64,000 nt of DNA from Carpediemonas membranifera BICM (GCA_019828565.1 JAHDYR010000040.1:121970-185969), one strand, 5' to 3'. Numbered from the stretch's first letter, positions 12,140-24,530 are shown. Notes: generated from the sequence alone by a model not told the origin. A program made the numbers and translations.

Positions 12140-13260
12140 CTGCTACCGGGATATGGGGGGTCTACCCCTCAGATCCCAGGAGTATTCTGGCCTGCCAAAG
12201 TCCTTCCAGGTTCCTGCTACTGTTGGTCTCTGTTCATGGTATGCTTGCCTTGCAGGGTAACGTGACGCCTGCTGGAATTTTCGTGGTTCGAAAGTCGGGT
12301 TGTGTGCTCTCCATGCCGCCTTGTCCCTGCCTGTGCATCCTTGTTTACTCATTTTCCCTGGTTCAGCCGTATGGGGCCGCGCGGCGAAATTGCGCAATTC
12401 TGAAAGTGCATCAGCTATATCTCGCCATCGGGTTCCCTGATTTGAGTTTACGCAATGCAGCCTTGCTCATAAAGCTTCTAGAGGCGCCGGTGTCAACAAT
12501 GAAACTATATTGGTTTTCCTTTAAAACGGCGGACGTGGTCTTGGGACCTTCAGCGATCGCTGCGAGGTTTGCTTCGGCCTTCCTCCCCTCCAGCCGATGC
12601 TTCGGATGCTGGGGACAGCGGAAGGATTTGTGTCCGTACTTTTCGCAGATGGGACAAAAAGGGATCCCCAGCTTATTCTTGATGGGATCTGGGCCCGTAT
12701 GGCCCTGGGGAGGCTGTTGGGCCGGCCCCTTATGCGAGTGACTGGGCTGGCCGCCCTGGCGCTGCTAGCTCTTCCTCGTCAGATCTGTCCTGATCCGGAG
12801 ATACGGCTGATGTCATGACGACAGCGGCCTTGACTGACAGAACCAGCGGATGCCGACGCTGGCCGAACTTGAAGAAGCCCGGTGCATCCCGGTTAGGGCA
12901 ATGGGGGCGTGTGTTGCCCGTATGGCCGCAGCCGTTTATCTCGGAGACAATGTTCTCGGCAGAGATTTCGGACAAGTTCGGCAGTTTCAGACGGATAATC
13001 TCTTGAACGGATAAGAGTGGTGATCGGGTGATGCTCCATATGGAGACTTGTTAGTTGGCTGAGGAAAAATTACACGTCATCGCAAAACGAAGTGAAGACA
13101 CGACGCGAGAAGCTGGACAGAAACGGAGGCTTGATGTACGAACAAGCTGAGGGGTGCATTAAGCCTAGTATTAATACTGTGGCAACAAAAGGGGGAAAAG
13201 TGTTTACGTGCCGCAAGTTATATTGTGGCCAACGATACCAGCTATGCCAAGCCAGGCACA
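12140..13260 (-). mobile_element. Decayed 5' half of a Gypsy element: LTR (13178 to about 13260), palindromic PBS, gag, protease
   Basis: TGTG...CACA ends (alternative end 13298); palindrome AGTATTAATACT at 13167-13178; ATG 13159 (IKPPFLSSFSRRVFTSF, gag-like); degenerate Zn knuckles near 12900; FIVDTGASRSF protease near 12490. Confidence 0.75.
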
Positions 13261-13492
13261 TACAGAGTATCTCTGACCTCTGGCGAAAGACAGGCACACT
13301 TTGGAAAGAAAGAAAGATATTTATTGCGCTACTCAGTAAAAATGACTGAATTTGAGTCGATTGATGCGGAAAAAATTGAACGCAAGAAATGGCTGTAACG
13401 GCAGAGGCACGAGCACAGATTGTACGTTTATATCAAGCTAACATGAAGAAGGTTGTTATACAGAAAGTTATGGCGGGGAACGGCGTCGCCAT

Positions 13493-13625
13493 TGTCAGCG
13501 CGGCACTTCAATCAAATATTTATTTATTTGATTGATGATCCGATCCGATCCCCGGGCAGGGTCCCGAATCGTCTTTTTGTTTTGCTTGTAAAGCTTCACC
13601 CCCCGTTTCGTCTGCGAAACGAACA
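13493..13625 (+). repeat. Solo LTR (133 bp) of the family of element 41159-45981
   Basis: Reverse complement of the LTR at 41159-41287 plus a 4-nt TATT expansion; TSD CCAT on both sides. Confidence 0.95.
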
Positions 13626-13965
13626 CCATCAGTGCCAAGACCATATACCGTATTATCAGAGACCACGAGGCTAGTGTGAATGGCAGCAAGACAAGTAATG
13701 AACCGAATAAGCGTATATCTACGCGACCGCGCAACCATCGGCAGCTGGTTACCCTTGTGCGCCGTAAGATTGACCTTGACGAACCAATTCACGCCAAGAC
13801 CCTCATAGAGGAGCTGGCCACGGTCTTACATGTACATATGAGCGGTGAGACCATTCGGCGCGAGCTGAAAAACATGGGACTGTCCTATAAAGTGGGCGAC
13901 AAGCACTTCCAGGAGAGTGACGATCAACGCGTTCGCGATTACTGGGCGTACTACGCCACGTACAT

Positions 13966-16739
13966 TGTGGTGTGACTCAGGTCACAACAGGTATTATCCT
14001 GCACATTTGGTGCAGGATATGGCAGTATTCTCTCTAAAGTCTTTATTGGTTCCCTTGTGTCCAGGACTGACCACAATGATATCATTTCTTCCGGAGGAGA
14101 TGAGCTCAACGGTCCTGGCGCAGGAGAATCAATATAAGCAACATCAATTGACATTTTCACCAGAACCAATTTCTTCCGTTAGCGCAATGCAAATGTCTCC
14201 GCGGTGTCGACAGTTCAACTGAAATTCGCAAGCAACAACAAGTCTAGAGCGTTTAGTTCAACAAGACCATCAACTTCCACCAATGCACATAGCATACAAG
14301 CAAACAACAGGCCAATACCAGTAACCAAGCTTCAATAAGCTCCAATAAACGATACAGCTAGCTATCCTAGCCTCATGACATTCTTTTCATTAACCAACGG
14401 GGGGGGGGCGCTTAATTTACACAATGTTAACGAGGAAGCTAGTGTAAGTTAAACGTGAAGTCCTCTCCGCTTACCGAGGGAGAAGGAGTATACCAGTCGT
14501 AACTGGTACCGTGCCGTCGGATCCGGCGGATCCGAACCTTGCGCCATTCTGTCCGCATAAACTGCGTGACTCGCCTGACCGGCGAAACACCTTTTGCCCG
14601 GAGTGCCTGACTCTCATCTGGTTGTTCTCTTTTCCCTGCATGAAAAAAGCTTGGCAAATGCATCGACGCGAAAATCGGTCAGCATGGCCCTGCGCAGGTA
14701 CTGTCCCCGCACGGACCTCCCTGTTTTCTCATTTTTCCCTGATCGTTTGTTTTGGGGCTCGCGGCGAAATGGCGCGGTTCTAAAAATGCATCGCCATTTT
14801 CATGCCACACCGTCCCTGGATTTTGGCCGTTGTTACGCCATTGTACCCATGTTCAGTCAGCACCGGTGCGCTTTAACGTTACATGTACATTTATAACTCG
14901 TCGAAACTACGTTCGTAGTTCATCCAATCGGTCTCACCAGGAGGTTAATCCTCGGTGGAGACGGCCAGTGAGCTGTGTCGAACAACGGAGCATCTTGCAT
15001 GCTCTGAGTAGGCGCAGAGGCCAGGTAGGTTTTGTATAGCACATGAGTGTCTACAAGCCTTTGAGCTGTCGTTCGACATCTCTATTTTGCACCGCCTTGG
15101 CAGTTAGCCAGTATAGGGGTGTCGCTTACTTACATAGGGATCCCAACAACTTGATATATATCGCGATCCAGACCAGTAGGTCTGTGGACGGGTGGTAGTG
15201 GTCAGCTGAGCGTTGATCCACGGTGCGGTGAGTCTGAGGGAGTGCACGCCCGACGACAACACGGCTGTGTGTGACACCTTGGGACCGCCATCTAAGGTTC
15301 GGGTAATGGATGCTTTGCCGACGGGCTCTGCACATCTGAGCGTCCGGAAAGGCCATGTGGCAAGTACGGTTGTTACAGAGCATGTTCTGAGTCAGCTAGC
15401 GAGCATGTATGCTCCTAGCACACGAGTGTCGTTCAACACTCTTCTATTAAGCTATCAGGTCTGAGCCAGGCCGATTAACGGCGCTCGCTGACAGCGATTA
15501 GTCATGATTACACACCAGCGAGTTAGAGCTGAGCCCAGTCGGGTGCTCATCGCTGTGCTGTTGTCTTGAATGGTTGTGAGCCTAGGCCATCGTTCGATAG
15601 GTAAGCCCGACTCATTCATAAGCCTGAATACACGGCAGGCAGTCTATGATAGACTATGATGGAACATGAGCCGCAACGAGTCAGTGGGCCAGGGTTGAAA
15701 CCCGCAGTCCGACACGTCATCCCGGAGAACGGTTGTGTTCGGAGCAGTACCGTCGTTTGAATGGTATATGTCCAAATGGTGGACGGGTTAGACCGGCCCC
15801 AAGACCACAGTTGGAGGCGATGGGGTGGCCAAGCTTACGGTTAGAGGCTTGACCGATGAGACCCTGCATCGAGGACCGAGTTGTCCTATAGATGAGTGTC
15901 AGTAATAGAGTAGCCTGCTACCTTAAGCTTTTTGCTTAAGTGTGGTTGGATACGTCCCAAGAGACAGTCCCTTTTCAAAGACATACAGCGTCATGCCATA
16001 CGTGGCTATTATAGAGCCGTCAGAACAAACGCGCCTGACCAGTCTTTCGACAGGTTTGGTCGCTTCGTCTGGACCTTGAGCCCGACACGAAATGTTGCGC
16101 ATGCACAGCGCAGTCATCTGTCGCCACAAATCGAACTAGTGTGGCTTTCTCCGGCTTCACCTTTACGTGAGCGCCGGGTGGTTCTCTTCCCAAACCCCTT
16201 TGAGCGCTTCAGACAGCTCAGATTTTACTCAGCAATGACCTTTTTTCTTCCGGTTTCGGGTTTTTTCTTTAGTCTTCACCAGGTGGTTTCTCTTTCTGAT
16301 TCGATCAGTTTCTTCGCCGCCGCAGCAACTTCCCAATCATTGCCTACATGTGTTACGGCCGTCACTTAGACGACCGTGGAGGGGCAGTAACATCTACAAC
16401 CCAGCCACCACATCAGTTCCTTCATCGCAGCAAGTACATCGGACAGCTTAGAGCCGAACGGTCGGCCGTGCGGTCCACATGTGGTGTCGGAATATCTTTT
16501 TGATATCTCAAAACATTATGACATCGAGCAACGAAGGTTCCGTCACATGTCGCGTCACCAGACGCAACAGCTCACCTTACATACTTTTGTCAAGGCTCAT
16601 CTCTATCAAGATGAACCTTGGAGGGGCAGTGTGGTGTGACTCAGGTCACAACAGGTATTATCCTGCACATTTGGTGCAGGATATGGCAGTATTCTCTCTA
16701 AAGTCTTTATTGGTTCCCTTGTGTCCAGGACTGACCACA
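13966..16739 (+). mobile_element. Non-autonomous LTR retrotransposon (element A), 110-bp identical LTRs
   Basis: LTRs 13966-14075 and 16630-16739; TSD ACAT; PPT GGAGGGGCAG; palindrome AATGATATCATT at 14075-14086; interior has only faint pol relics. Confidence 0.95.
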
Positions 16740-17034
16740 ACATCAGGCCTAACCACTCCATCAAGGACATTATTTTCCTAGATGAGTCCTCGTTCGACAG
16801 TCATGTAGTTCGGGGCAAGAGCTGGCTTCCGAAGGGTCGACACGTCGTGAAGATCTCCGGCAAGACGTACGGCAAGCGTCTGTCGGTTTGCGCCCTTCTA
16901 GGTATCGAGGGCATCGTCTGCTGCACGTTCACCACTGGCACTTATAAGGCCGACGATTTCTTCTCCTCCCTCGAGAGATTCTGCGAGGTCATCAAGAACA
17001 AGAATAGAGTTCTGGTACTCGACAACGCTCAGTC

Positions 17035-18019
17035 TCTCTGCTCGACGCGCAGTCCACGGAGTGGGAGCGTTGGCTCCCCACCTTGATGTTGATTCTGAAC
17101 AGCACCCCCCGTAGTGCACTAGGGGGAGCCAGTGCCCTCCAGACCCTTTGCGGGGTCACCAACGGCCCGACCGCGGCCCACCTGGAAGGCCTGGCGGAAC
17201 GGGCGGGTGCCCCAGATGTGCTGCACAGCTGGATTGCGGAGAGAGATCACTGGAGAGAGAAAGCTCGGGCCGCGGCGGCGAAGTACGAGCGTCGCCAGGT
17301 AATATTAGCAGACCAACACCTCAGGAAGAGCACGGAGGTGGTGGAAGGCGCCTTAGTCTTTCTTTTGCCGCCGAAACGACCGGCGAAGTTGCAGCCCAGA
17401 CTTCGTGGCCCCCTGAGGATAGCACGAAGGGCGGAGCACCCGAATACTTGGATGCTGAGAGACCTTGTGACGGAGAAGGAGCTTTTGGTCCATGAGGACC
17501 GGCTCGTAGATAGCCCCAAGATGTCGGATGGAGAGGCCACGAGACTTGCAGCAAGGGATCATGACGAATACGTCGTTGAGGCGATCATGGACCATCGTAT
17601 GAACCGCAAGACGAAGAAGATGGAACTTTTGATCCGCTGGGCGGGTTTTGAAGAGGATGAGGACTCATGGGAGCCCCTTAACAGAGATAACGCAAAGCTC
17701 GAAGCGATAGACGACTATCTTCTGTCTTTAGCGGCGGAAGAGAGGAAGGAGATGGACATGGCCCTTCGTAGGGTTGATTCACGCCATTAATCTCATTGCC
17801 GAACCTTAACCTGCACGGAGATGAATCTCCGAAGATCGACCGACGATTTTTTAGAGTATGATGATATCTTGAGATCGACACTTGACCACAGGATTGGAGG
17901 GCCATGATCGGGTTTTGATTACCCGGGGCAACCACCTTAACTTCCGATGAGGGGGACGAGGGGTAGTGTCATCTATAATCATCTAATCAATTGATGAAGT
18001 CTCGACTGGTCTTTCGACA
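17035..18019 (+). pseudogene. 3' end of a Gypsy element: integrase C-terminus, chromodomain, PPT, possible 54-bp LTR (17966-18019)
   Basis: RGPL motif, YVVEAIMDHR...LIRWAGFEEDEDSWEP; PPT GAGGGGGACGAGGGTAG then TGTC...GACA (LTR end uncertain). Confidence 0.85.
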
Positions 18020-18947
18020 CCTTGGTGTCGAGGGCGGGTTTTGTCATTAAAGCTACCTTTAGCGTATTCGGCAGCGCCACAGAGCATAACCCACTGGTCG
18101 CCTCTCTCGACCAGCTCCACCCCCTCCGGCACGTTGTAGGGCCCAACCTCGTCGTGCCACGTGCCTCTCTCGCTCTCGGCCAGCTGCATGGCCCGCAGCT
18201 CATCAGCATCTATGTTGCCTTGGGTAAAAATCATCGTGTTTGTCGCTCCCTCGTTTTCGTTGACCATAACACAAAATTAGCCCCGTTCCCGTGCTGTTCA
18301 GCAGAGTGAACGACTTCCCTTGACTCGGCCCGATCCGATTGCGACCAAATCTTCTCCGACGATTGGGGTCGAACAATCATAAATTGGAGAAGTTTGTGAT
18401 TTGCTCGGGGTGAACGGCCCGTGAGGGGAGATAAAGGCAACAAGAAGTTGGTACGTTTAATGCCGCGGCAGTGCTGGGGGAGTGAATGTACACCATAAAT
18501 GGAGTTACGTAATTCGCACTGCCTTTCTCGATAGCTGGCCAAGCTTGGACGGCTGAACGTGAGGGACGAACGCAAATCACCTGCGGACGATCTTCGACAC
18601 TCCTTTGGGTCGTTCAATCGTGCATCGGATGATCCTTTAGCGCACCTGGGCGTCCCCAGGCACTGGAGATTATACTGACGGGCCAAGGAAGCGTTCGGAA
18701 AAAACTTTGTCTGTCAGTTAGTCCAATTACTGGTACTTAGGGTTTGGTTGGCGGTTTCTCGTTGGATAGCGGCGTGGAGCGTCAAATTCTTTCGCTGTTG
18801 TGCTCGGGGGCACTCTGGGCTTCGTCTGGCGTGTTCTCCGAGGGTACCGGTCGCGAGGCTTCCGTACATCAGACGGATCTGGATGTTTGGGCTCAGCAGC
18901 GCGGTTCTCTGTCCGACGCTCTACTGTCTTTGGCGCCGCGTGCTTTT

Positions 18948-21900
18948 CTAGGACGTCGGCTGATACAGTAGTTCCTGCCCCTCTCCCGGGGTCGGTCCTC
19001 GGTGGACTAGACTCGTGGTCCCGTCCTCCTGGGGTTTCCCGTGGTGAGGGCTCCTTGCGCTTCTCCTCCAGCTCCCCAGTTGGGGTGGCACCGAGTCGGG
19101 AGGGTTAGCGGGCGGATCGAGTGGATGCCTGGGTCGACGCTGTCTGCGGTACTTCGCGACTCCGGGGAGCTTAGCGAAGCCATCATTGGCGTCAATGAAC
19201 TTTGCAAAGGTGTCTCTGCCAGCAAGCTGGTCGATGTTGATCCACGTGGCCTCTGATTTGGTCATGCCAGCCCAACGTACGAGCATGCGGTAGGGCGAAC
19301 TGCCCCGTTGCTGTTCGTAGTCAAGAATCTCTTCCGGCACAGACCGGTAGAAATCTTGTGCAGCGATACTACGAGCTTGCTCTTCGGTTAGGGCTTGCAC
19401 TGGTGACCAGTACAGGGAGGAGCCGTGGCGAATGATCTTGACAGTGTCCTGGATGAGGTCTTGGAGTTCGTACCTGTCTCTGGTGAGGGTTTGGAGGACC
19501 CGACACGGGCCCCGTACTGGCAGGTCCAGACGGCCTCTGGCCCTGGGTTCTAAGGAGATGTACACATAGTCACCGGGGGCAGGCCTAGGCCCGGCGACGG
19601 GGAGATGGTCGTCTTTCCACTTGCTCCTCTCAGCCAGCGCGTCGTTGACTGTTTTCAGCAGTCTTTTCGCCCGGTCAATAGTCAGTCTGGGGTTGTTCTG
19701 ACTGCGCTTGAGGTCGGTTGTTGTGGCGAGTAGAGCTGCGTGGGCTTGGAAAGGTGAGAGGTCCCCGAGTGGAGCGGATGGGGTATCGTTGACTGCGGTC
19801 TGGGCGTCGCTCAGCACTTGTGTCCAATCCTCATCTCGCACTTCGTGTACGAGCTCTCTGAGCGCCCGGTTGACGGACCGGATCACGTTTTCCACGGCCC
19901 CGTTGGCTTCGTGGCGCAACGAAGTGGTCACGTGGTGGTCGATGCCGAGTAGTTCAAGCTCTCTTGAGAAAGCTAGTCCGAACTGGGACCCGCTATCGGT
20001 TTGGACTTGTTGGGGTAGCCCCCAGTGGCGTATGTAGCCACGTTTGAGAGCGTTCAAGGCCTCCGCTGTACTAGAGTTTTGCATTGGCTCCAGCACTGTG
20101 AAGCGAGTGGTAGGCTCTTTGATCACCAGGACGTGAGTGAATCCTTGGTGCTCGGGGAGAGGACCTAGGGTGTCCACGTGCAAGTGATGGATGGACCCGA
20201 CAGGTGCGCGGGAGTCTGGCAAGTGTCGCTGGTCGATTGGGACCGGCTCGAGCCGGGACTTGGAGCAGATTGGACACGCGAGCAGGCGCTCGGCGATGTC
20301 GTGCTTGATCCCGCTCCAGAGCGTATCGTCCTGCTTCAGCCGGCGGAACATGGCTTTGGCCTTGCGGTGATACTTGCCGTGTGCGCGGTCGAGAAGGTCC
20401 TGTTTCGCCTCTTCCGCAAGCTGATCTGGTAGGTCGGAGTCTTGGGAGGTGTGGCTGAGGCTACACAGGTACGCGGACGGGGTGATATCCACTGAGGGTC
20501 GCGGCCAATACCGTGACAGTGTGTCGGCCACAATGTTGTCGGCCCCCGGAATGTGCGTGATGGAGATGTCGAGGTCAGCAATCTCCGTGAACCAGCGACG
20601 GACCTTACGGTTGTTCGTCGCCGAGGCGAGGAAGGTGAGGTTGCGGTGGTCAGTCTCGACATCGACGTGATGTCCTTGAACGATGTCCTCGAACTTGAGG
20701 AGGCTGGCAACGACGCCATAAGCCTCTTGCTCAATTGTAGGCCAGGCAGCCATCGTGTCGTTGAACTGCTTCGAGTAGAACGCGATGGTTTGTTCCGACC
20801 CATCGTCTGCCAGCTGGAACAGCTGGGCTCCGATGCCGTGTACGGAGGCGTCTGTCCGGAGACGGAACGGCCTGTCATAATTGGGATGAGTGAGGTCCTC
20901 GGGCTCCGCGATGATGGCTTTGAGGGTCTCGAACGCTTTCTGATGGTCTCGCGTCCAGGACCACTGGGTTCCCTTGCCGAGGAGGGTGTTCAGAACCCGG
21001 GTCTGGTCTGCCATGTGTGGTAGGAATGGCCGGAGGTAGTTGACCAGGCCGAGGAATGAGCGCAGCTCACGTGGGTTCGATGGTGGTTTGATTGTAGCGA
21101 TGGCGTCGATGCGGTCCTGTGAGATGTGGACACCCGACTCGTCTACAAGAAGACCGAGGATCTTGGCGCGCTTAGTGCCGATGATAGACTTCTTGGCCTT
21201 CAGACGGAGGCGGCATTGGGCACAGCGGGTGAGGAACCGGTCGACCCGATCATAGAGTTCCTCAGGAGTTCTCCCGAGGACTACTGCATCGTCAATGAAG
21301 ACGAACAGCTCGTCACGGTCGATCGAGTCTTGGAAGACCTTGGTAACTGCCCGCTGGAAGGCGGCTGGCCCATTGCGCACTCCAAACGGAAGTCGGTTGA
21401 ACTCATAGAGTCCGTTGGGTCCCTGGAATGCTGTCAGGTGTCGGGAACTCTCGGCAACCTTCAGCTGGTGGAACCCTGACGTAAGGTCGAAGGTCGCGAA
21501 GTACTTGACCCCACGGCACTTCTCCCTCAGTTTGTCTGGCGACAACATGGGGTAGGCGTCGGCTCTCGTAACTGCATTCAGCTGGCGGTAGTCAACGCAG
21601 AAGCGCCAAGTATCGTCTGGCTTCCGGATCAGCAGAACTGGAGCTGCCCAGTCCGACGACGACGGGCGGATGATGCCCTTCTGGAGCATGTCGCGGATGC
21701 CGTCCCTAACCGCCTCAGTCATCTTTGGGTTCTTGTGGCGGTACGCTGCCCGAACTGGGATGCTGCCAGGGTTGAGGACGAACTCGAACTCGCCCAGGTC
21801 GGCGCCGCCTGGATGGGGGTCGCCGAATGTGTTCTGAGCGACGTGCCTGCCCAGGAGGTCCTCAAAGCGGCCACGTACCTCGCTAGGGAGGTCGTCGGAG

Positions 21901-23498
21901 ATGGTGGGTTGACCCTCGTCGGCGCTGATGAGGTGATTGAAGAGCCGACCGAGGTCGAGGTTGGCTACCTCCTCCTGCATAGTTGTAGGCGGGCTTGCCA
22001 GGTACTCTGGGGTCAGACCCAGGGTGGCAAGGACCCTCTGGCCAACAATGCAATCGACTGACAGTTGGTGAACCGCCAGGACGTGCACTGACAGCTTGGC
22101 ACTGGCGGGGAAGTGGTCACCCCACAGCTCCACGTCCACGACTCCGTGATGGGTAACTCGGAGCGGGTTCGCGGGGCCTGCGGTTGCGATGACCTCGTTG
22201 CCAGCGGCGGCAGGAAGGTGGAGCCGTATGGCAAGTGATGTCGGTACCAGGACGTCAATGCCTAGGGCGCCCGTGTCCAGCAGAGCATTCGTCTCGAGGC
22301 CGGAGCCAAGAAACTTGAGCTGGGCGTAGTACCCTTGGGAGGTGCCGCCTGAGCACAGACCACACAACAAGTACTGGGAGGCTTTATTGGCCTGCCCACG
22401 GCACTCGGCGTTGGTGTGGTTGGCCCAGGGGTGGATGAGGCACAGGCTGTCAGGGGCGGAGGTCCGCACGGCAGAGATGCCGAAGAGGTGGGCGGCCTCG
22501 GAGGGGTCCCTGACCATGGCGGTGATCGCCTGCGCCACTCGGGTAGCTCGGGCACAGATCTCCGTGTCCTCGATCTGAACGCCATGACGCACCCAGTGGT
22601 CCAAATCGTCCTTCAGGTTTGCCATGATCCGCGTAAACGCAGAACTGACGGGAAGGGACGAGGGGACCCTGGTTTGGCGAGTGCGTCGGCGGGTGAGGCG
22701 GAGCGGGGCCAGAGCTGTGGTGAGAGCACTCAAGGACAACGTGGAGCGACGGCTTGAAGTTGAGGAGTCTTCGCTAAACTGCACCTCCCGAGGGGCAAAA
22801 GCTGAGCGGTGCAGAGGGATGGCGGCTTCGCCCACGGAAGGATGATCCACAGAGGCTTGCGACCACTGATTGGAAATCGTGGATACGAGATAGCTGGATG
22901 CTCCTGCGCGCTGAAGCGTCTTACGCAGGATCTTTGGCGCATCCCACAGCGAGAGGGTGCTGCGGTCCAGAAGCAGGCGGAGCGTGTCCAGGCGGCCAAA
23001 TTCCGCCAGGAAGGCGCTCAGGGAAGTGGCAGAGAGCGGCTTGCCCGGTGTGATTTCCTCGGCTGCCGAGTACCAGGCTCCGCGGCTGTTAACGACCTGT
23101 CGGGTGGCGTCTCTTGCGGCAGTGGTCAGGACTTCGTTAGCTAGGCGAGCCCATTGGCAACGCCTTACCAGCTTAGTGGCCCTTTCGATCTGGGAGGATC
23201 TCAGGTCGGGGCACTCGGCGTGTAGCTGGTCGAGGAAGCTCTCGAGGTCGTCCCGCATGGGGGTCAGATGCGTGGCGCTGATCTCTGGCAACCATCCCAG
23301 CTGACGACCATTGGCGGGTGTTGGGAGGATCGTGTCGGGGGCGCCGAGGTCCGCGTCCGTGGAAATGCGATCGAGCAGGTCGACAAAGAACCGGACAAGG
23401 CTCAGCGGACTGTCGAACTCGGCTGGTTGCTGGGCGTTGGCGACGGAGGAATGGAACAGCGTGCTCAAGGAGGTTTTCTTGTTACTTTTCATGGCCAT
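18948..23498 (-). CDS. Intact gag-pol polyprotein (gag, PR, RT, RNase H, integrase, chromodomain)
   Basis: LLDTGA, LPFGVRNGP, FIDD, TDAS, HGKYH...CPIC, D-D-E core, LVRWAG...ATW; start placed at ATG 23498 because sequence further upstream belongs to the nested transposon. Confidence 0.95.
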   Translation of the reverse strand: MAMKSNKKTSLSTLFHSSVANAQQPAEFDSPLSLVRFFVDLLDRISTDADLGAPDTILPTPANGRQLGWLPEISATHLTPMRDDLESFLDQLHAECPDLRSSQIERATKLVRRCQWARLANEVLTTAARDATRQVVNSRGAWYSAAEEITPGKPLSATSLSAFLAEFGRLDTLRLLLDRSTLSLWDAPKILRKTLQRAGASSYLVSTISNQWSQASVDHPSVGEAAIPLHRSAFAPREVQFSEDSSTSSRRSTLSLSALTTALAPLRLTRRRTRQTRVPSSLPVSSAFTRIMANLKDDLDHWVRHGVQIEDTEICARATRVAQAITAMVRDPSEAAHLFGISAVRTSAPDSLCLIHPWANHTNAECRGQANKASQYLLCGLCSGGTSQGYYAQLKFLGSGLETNALLDTGALGIDVLVPTSLAIRLHLPAAAGNEVIATAGPANPLRVTHHGVVDVELWGDHFPASAKLSVHVLAVHQLSVDCIVGQRVLATLGLTPEYLASPPTTMQEEVANLDLGRLFNHLISADEGQPTISDDLPSEVRGRFEDLLGRHVAQNTFGDPHPGGADLGEFEFVLNPGSIPVRAAYRHKNPKMTEAVRDGIRDMLQKGIIRPSSSDWAAPVLLIRKPDDTWRFCVDYRQLNAVTRADAYPMLSPDKLREKCRGVKYFATFDLTSGFHQLKVAESSRHLTAFQGPNGLYEFNRLPFGVRNGPAAFQRAVTKVFQDSIDRDELFVFIDDAVVLGRTPEELYDRVDRFLTRCAQCRLRLKAKKSIIGTKRAKILGLLVDESGVHISQDRIDAIATIKPPSNPRELRSFLGLVNYLRPFLPHMADQTRVLNTLLGKGTQWSWTRDHQKAFETLKAIIAEPEDLTHPNYDRPFRLRTDASVHGIGAQLFQLADDGSEQTIAFYSKQFNDTMAAWPTIEQEAYGVVASLLKFEDIVQGHHVDVETDHRNLTFLASATNNRKVRRWFTEIADLDISITHIPGADNIVADTLSRYWPRPSVDITPSAYLCSLSHTSQDSDLPDQLAEEAKQDLLDRAHGKYHRKAKAMFRRLKQDDTLWSGIKHDIAERLLACPICSKSRLEPVPIDQRHLPDSRAPVGSIHHLHVDTLGPLPEHQGFTHVLVIKEPTTRFTVLEPMQNSSTAEALNALKRGYIRHWGLPQQVQTDSGSQFGLAFSRELELLGIDHHVTTSLRHEANGAVENVIRSVNRALRELVHEVRDEDWTQVLSDAQTAVNDTPSAPLGDLSPFQAHAALLATTTDLKRSQNNPRLTIDRAKRLLKTVNDALAERSKWKDDHLPVAGPRPAPGDYVYISLEPRARGRLDLPVRGPCRVLQTLTRDRYELQDLIQDTVKIIRHGSSLYWSPVQALTEEQARSIAAQDFYRSVPEEILDYEQQRGSSPYRMLVRWAGMTKSEATWINIDQLAGRDTFAKFIDANDGFAKLPGVAKYRRQRRPRHPLDPPANPPDSVPPQLGSWRRSARSPHHGKPQEDGTTSLVHRGPTPGEGQELLYQPTS

Positions 23499-23740
23499 AG
23501 AGAGAGTTAATCGATTAATTATTGCTCTTTCAGCGTAAAAATGAACAATTGGTTTTGATTCATTCAAAGTTCTGCTCACAAATTGAAGAGAGTGAATGGT
23601 CGTAACTGATTCAGAGAGACTGAACATAGCAACACTTCTCGGAAGTGAAATGTCTATAGCAAATTGCACGCGTAACGGGCCGTTGCCGCAATGTCATCTA
23701 TGATATCAAGGCCAATAGAGCGAAATGCTCTGGAAAGAGA

Positions 23741-24524
23741 GTGAGATCAGCTACCAAGATGAGCCCAGAAGTGACGAAGTATGTACGTGACTATGTTCTC
23801 CAGAATCCGGCTGCTCGGCTTAGCGACATAGCCACTGTCGTGCAGCTGAAGTTCGGTATTTCAGTATCGCTATCCAGCCTCTCCCAGACGATACTACACA
23901 AAGAGAAGCTTACGCTCAAGGTCGGTGGCACCAGATGGATGGAAAGGAATCCAGAGGAAGCCTGGCGTTTCCGTTCATTCTACGCAACGGAGATTGCCCC
24001 GTACTATTCCACCGATCAAGTCTTCTTCCTCGACGAGACTAGCTTCGACCCCCTTCACCTGGCGGTCAAGCGAGTGCGCGGCCCAAAAAGGCGTTAGGAC
24101 ATATGCTTGCCGCAAGGGTGGCCCGGTCGGCCAGCGTTACTCGGTGTGCGCGACTCTTGGCGTCGAAGGGATCAAGCACAGAGTCATAACGACAGGTACA
24201 TTTACTGCTGACAAGTTTCTAGACAATACCATAGAGTTGCTGGGGATGATACCGGGGTGCGTCCTCGTGATGGACAATGCCTCCATACACGCACTCAAGG
24301 GCAAGCTTGACGCCCTAATGCAACTCTATGATGTCCGCATCGTCTTCCTCCCTAAGTATTCGCCATTCTTGAACCCAATCGAGGTTGTGTTCGCGTGGAT
24401 CAAGGCGTTTGCTCACACGCACTTTAAGGACACGGGGCGTTTGCCGGCAATACTCGCCGCCTTTGATGACGTTGCCAAGAAAAACATAAGAGGTCTCTAC
24501 GAGAAGCATGGATATTCCCATTAA
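23741..24524 (+). CDS. IS630-like DDE transposase (DD35E by my count), frameshifted near 24088
   Basis: FLDETSF, VMDNASIH and LPKYSPFLNPIE motifs across two frames. Confidence 0.9.
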
Positions 24525-24530
24525 AGCTGT

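Larger units (their letters stand above)
13324..17030 (+). mobile_element. IS630/Tc1-like DNA transposon, interrupted by two LTR insertions and 3'-truncated
   Basis: TA then TIR TTGCGCTACTCAGTAAAAATGA, similar to the TIR at 23522; 13389-13492 + 13630-13965 + 16744-17030 rejoin in frame as HTH region, FLDESSF and VLDNA. Confidence 0.9.

Noticed and set aside
16351-16392. 42-bp TGTTAC...GTAACA unit as a solo LTR
   Set aside because: No flanking target-site duplication and no second copy.
23499-23669. N-terminal extension of the 1573-aa ORF
   Set aside because: It runs through the leader and the nested transposon's TIR; the start is more plausibly ATG 23498.
24080-24097. Programmed frameshift in the IS630-like transposase (CCCAAAAAG)
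   Set aside because: It needs a +1 shift in a homopolymer, and the related copy at 13324 is in frame at the same PKG site; more likely an indel or sequencing error.
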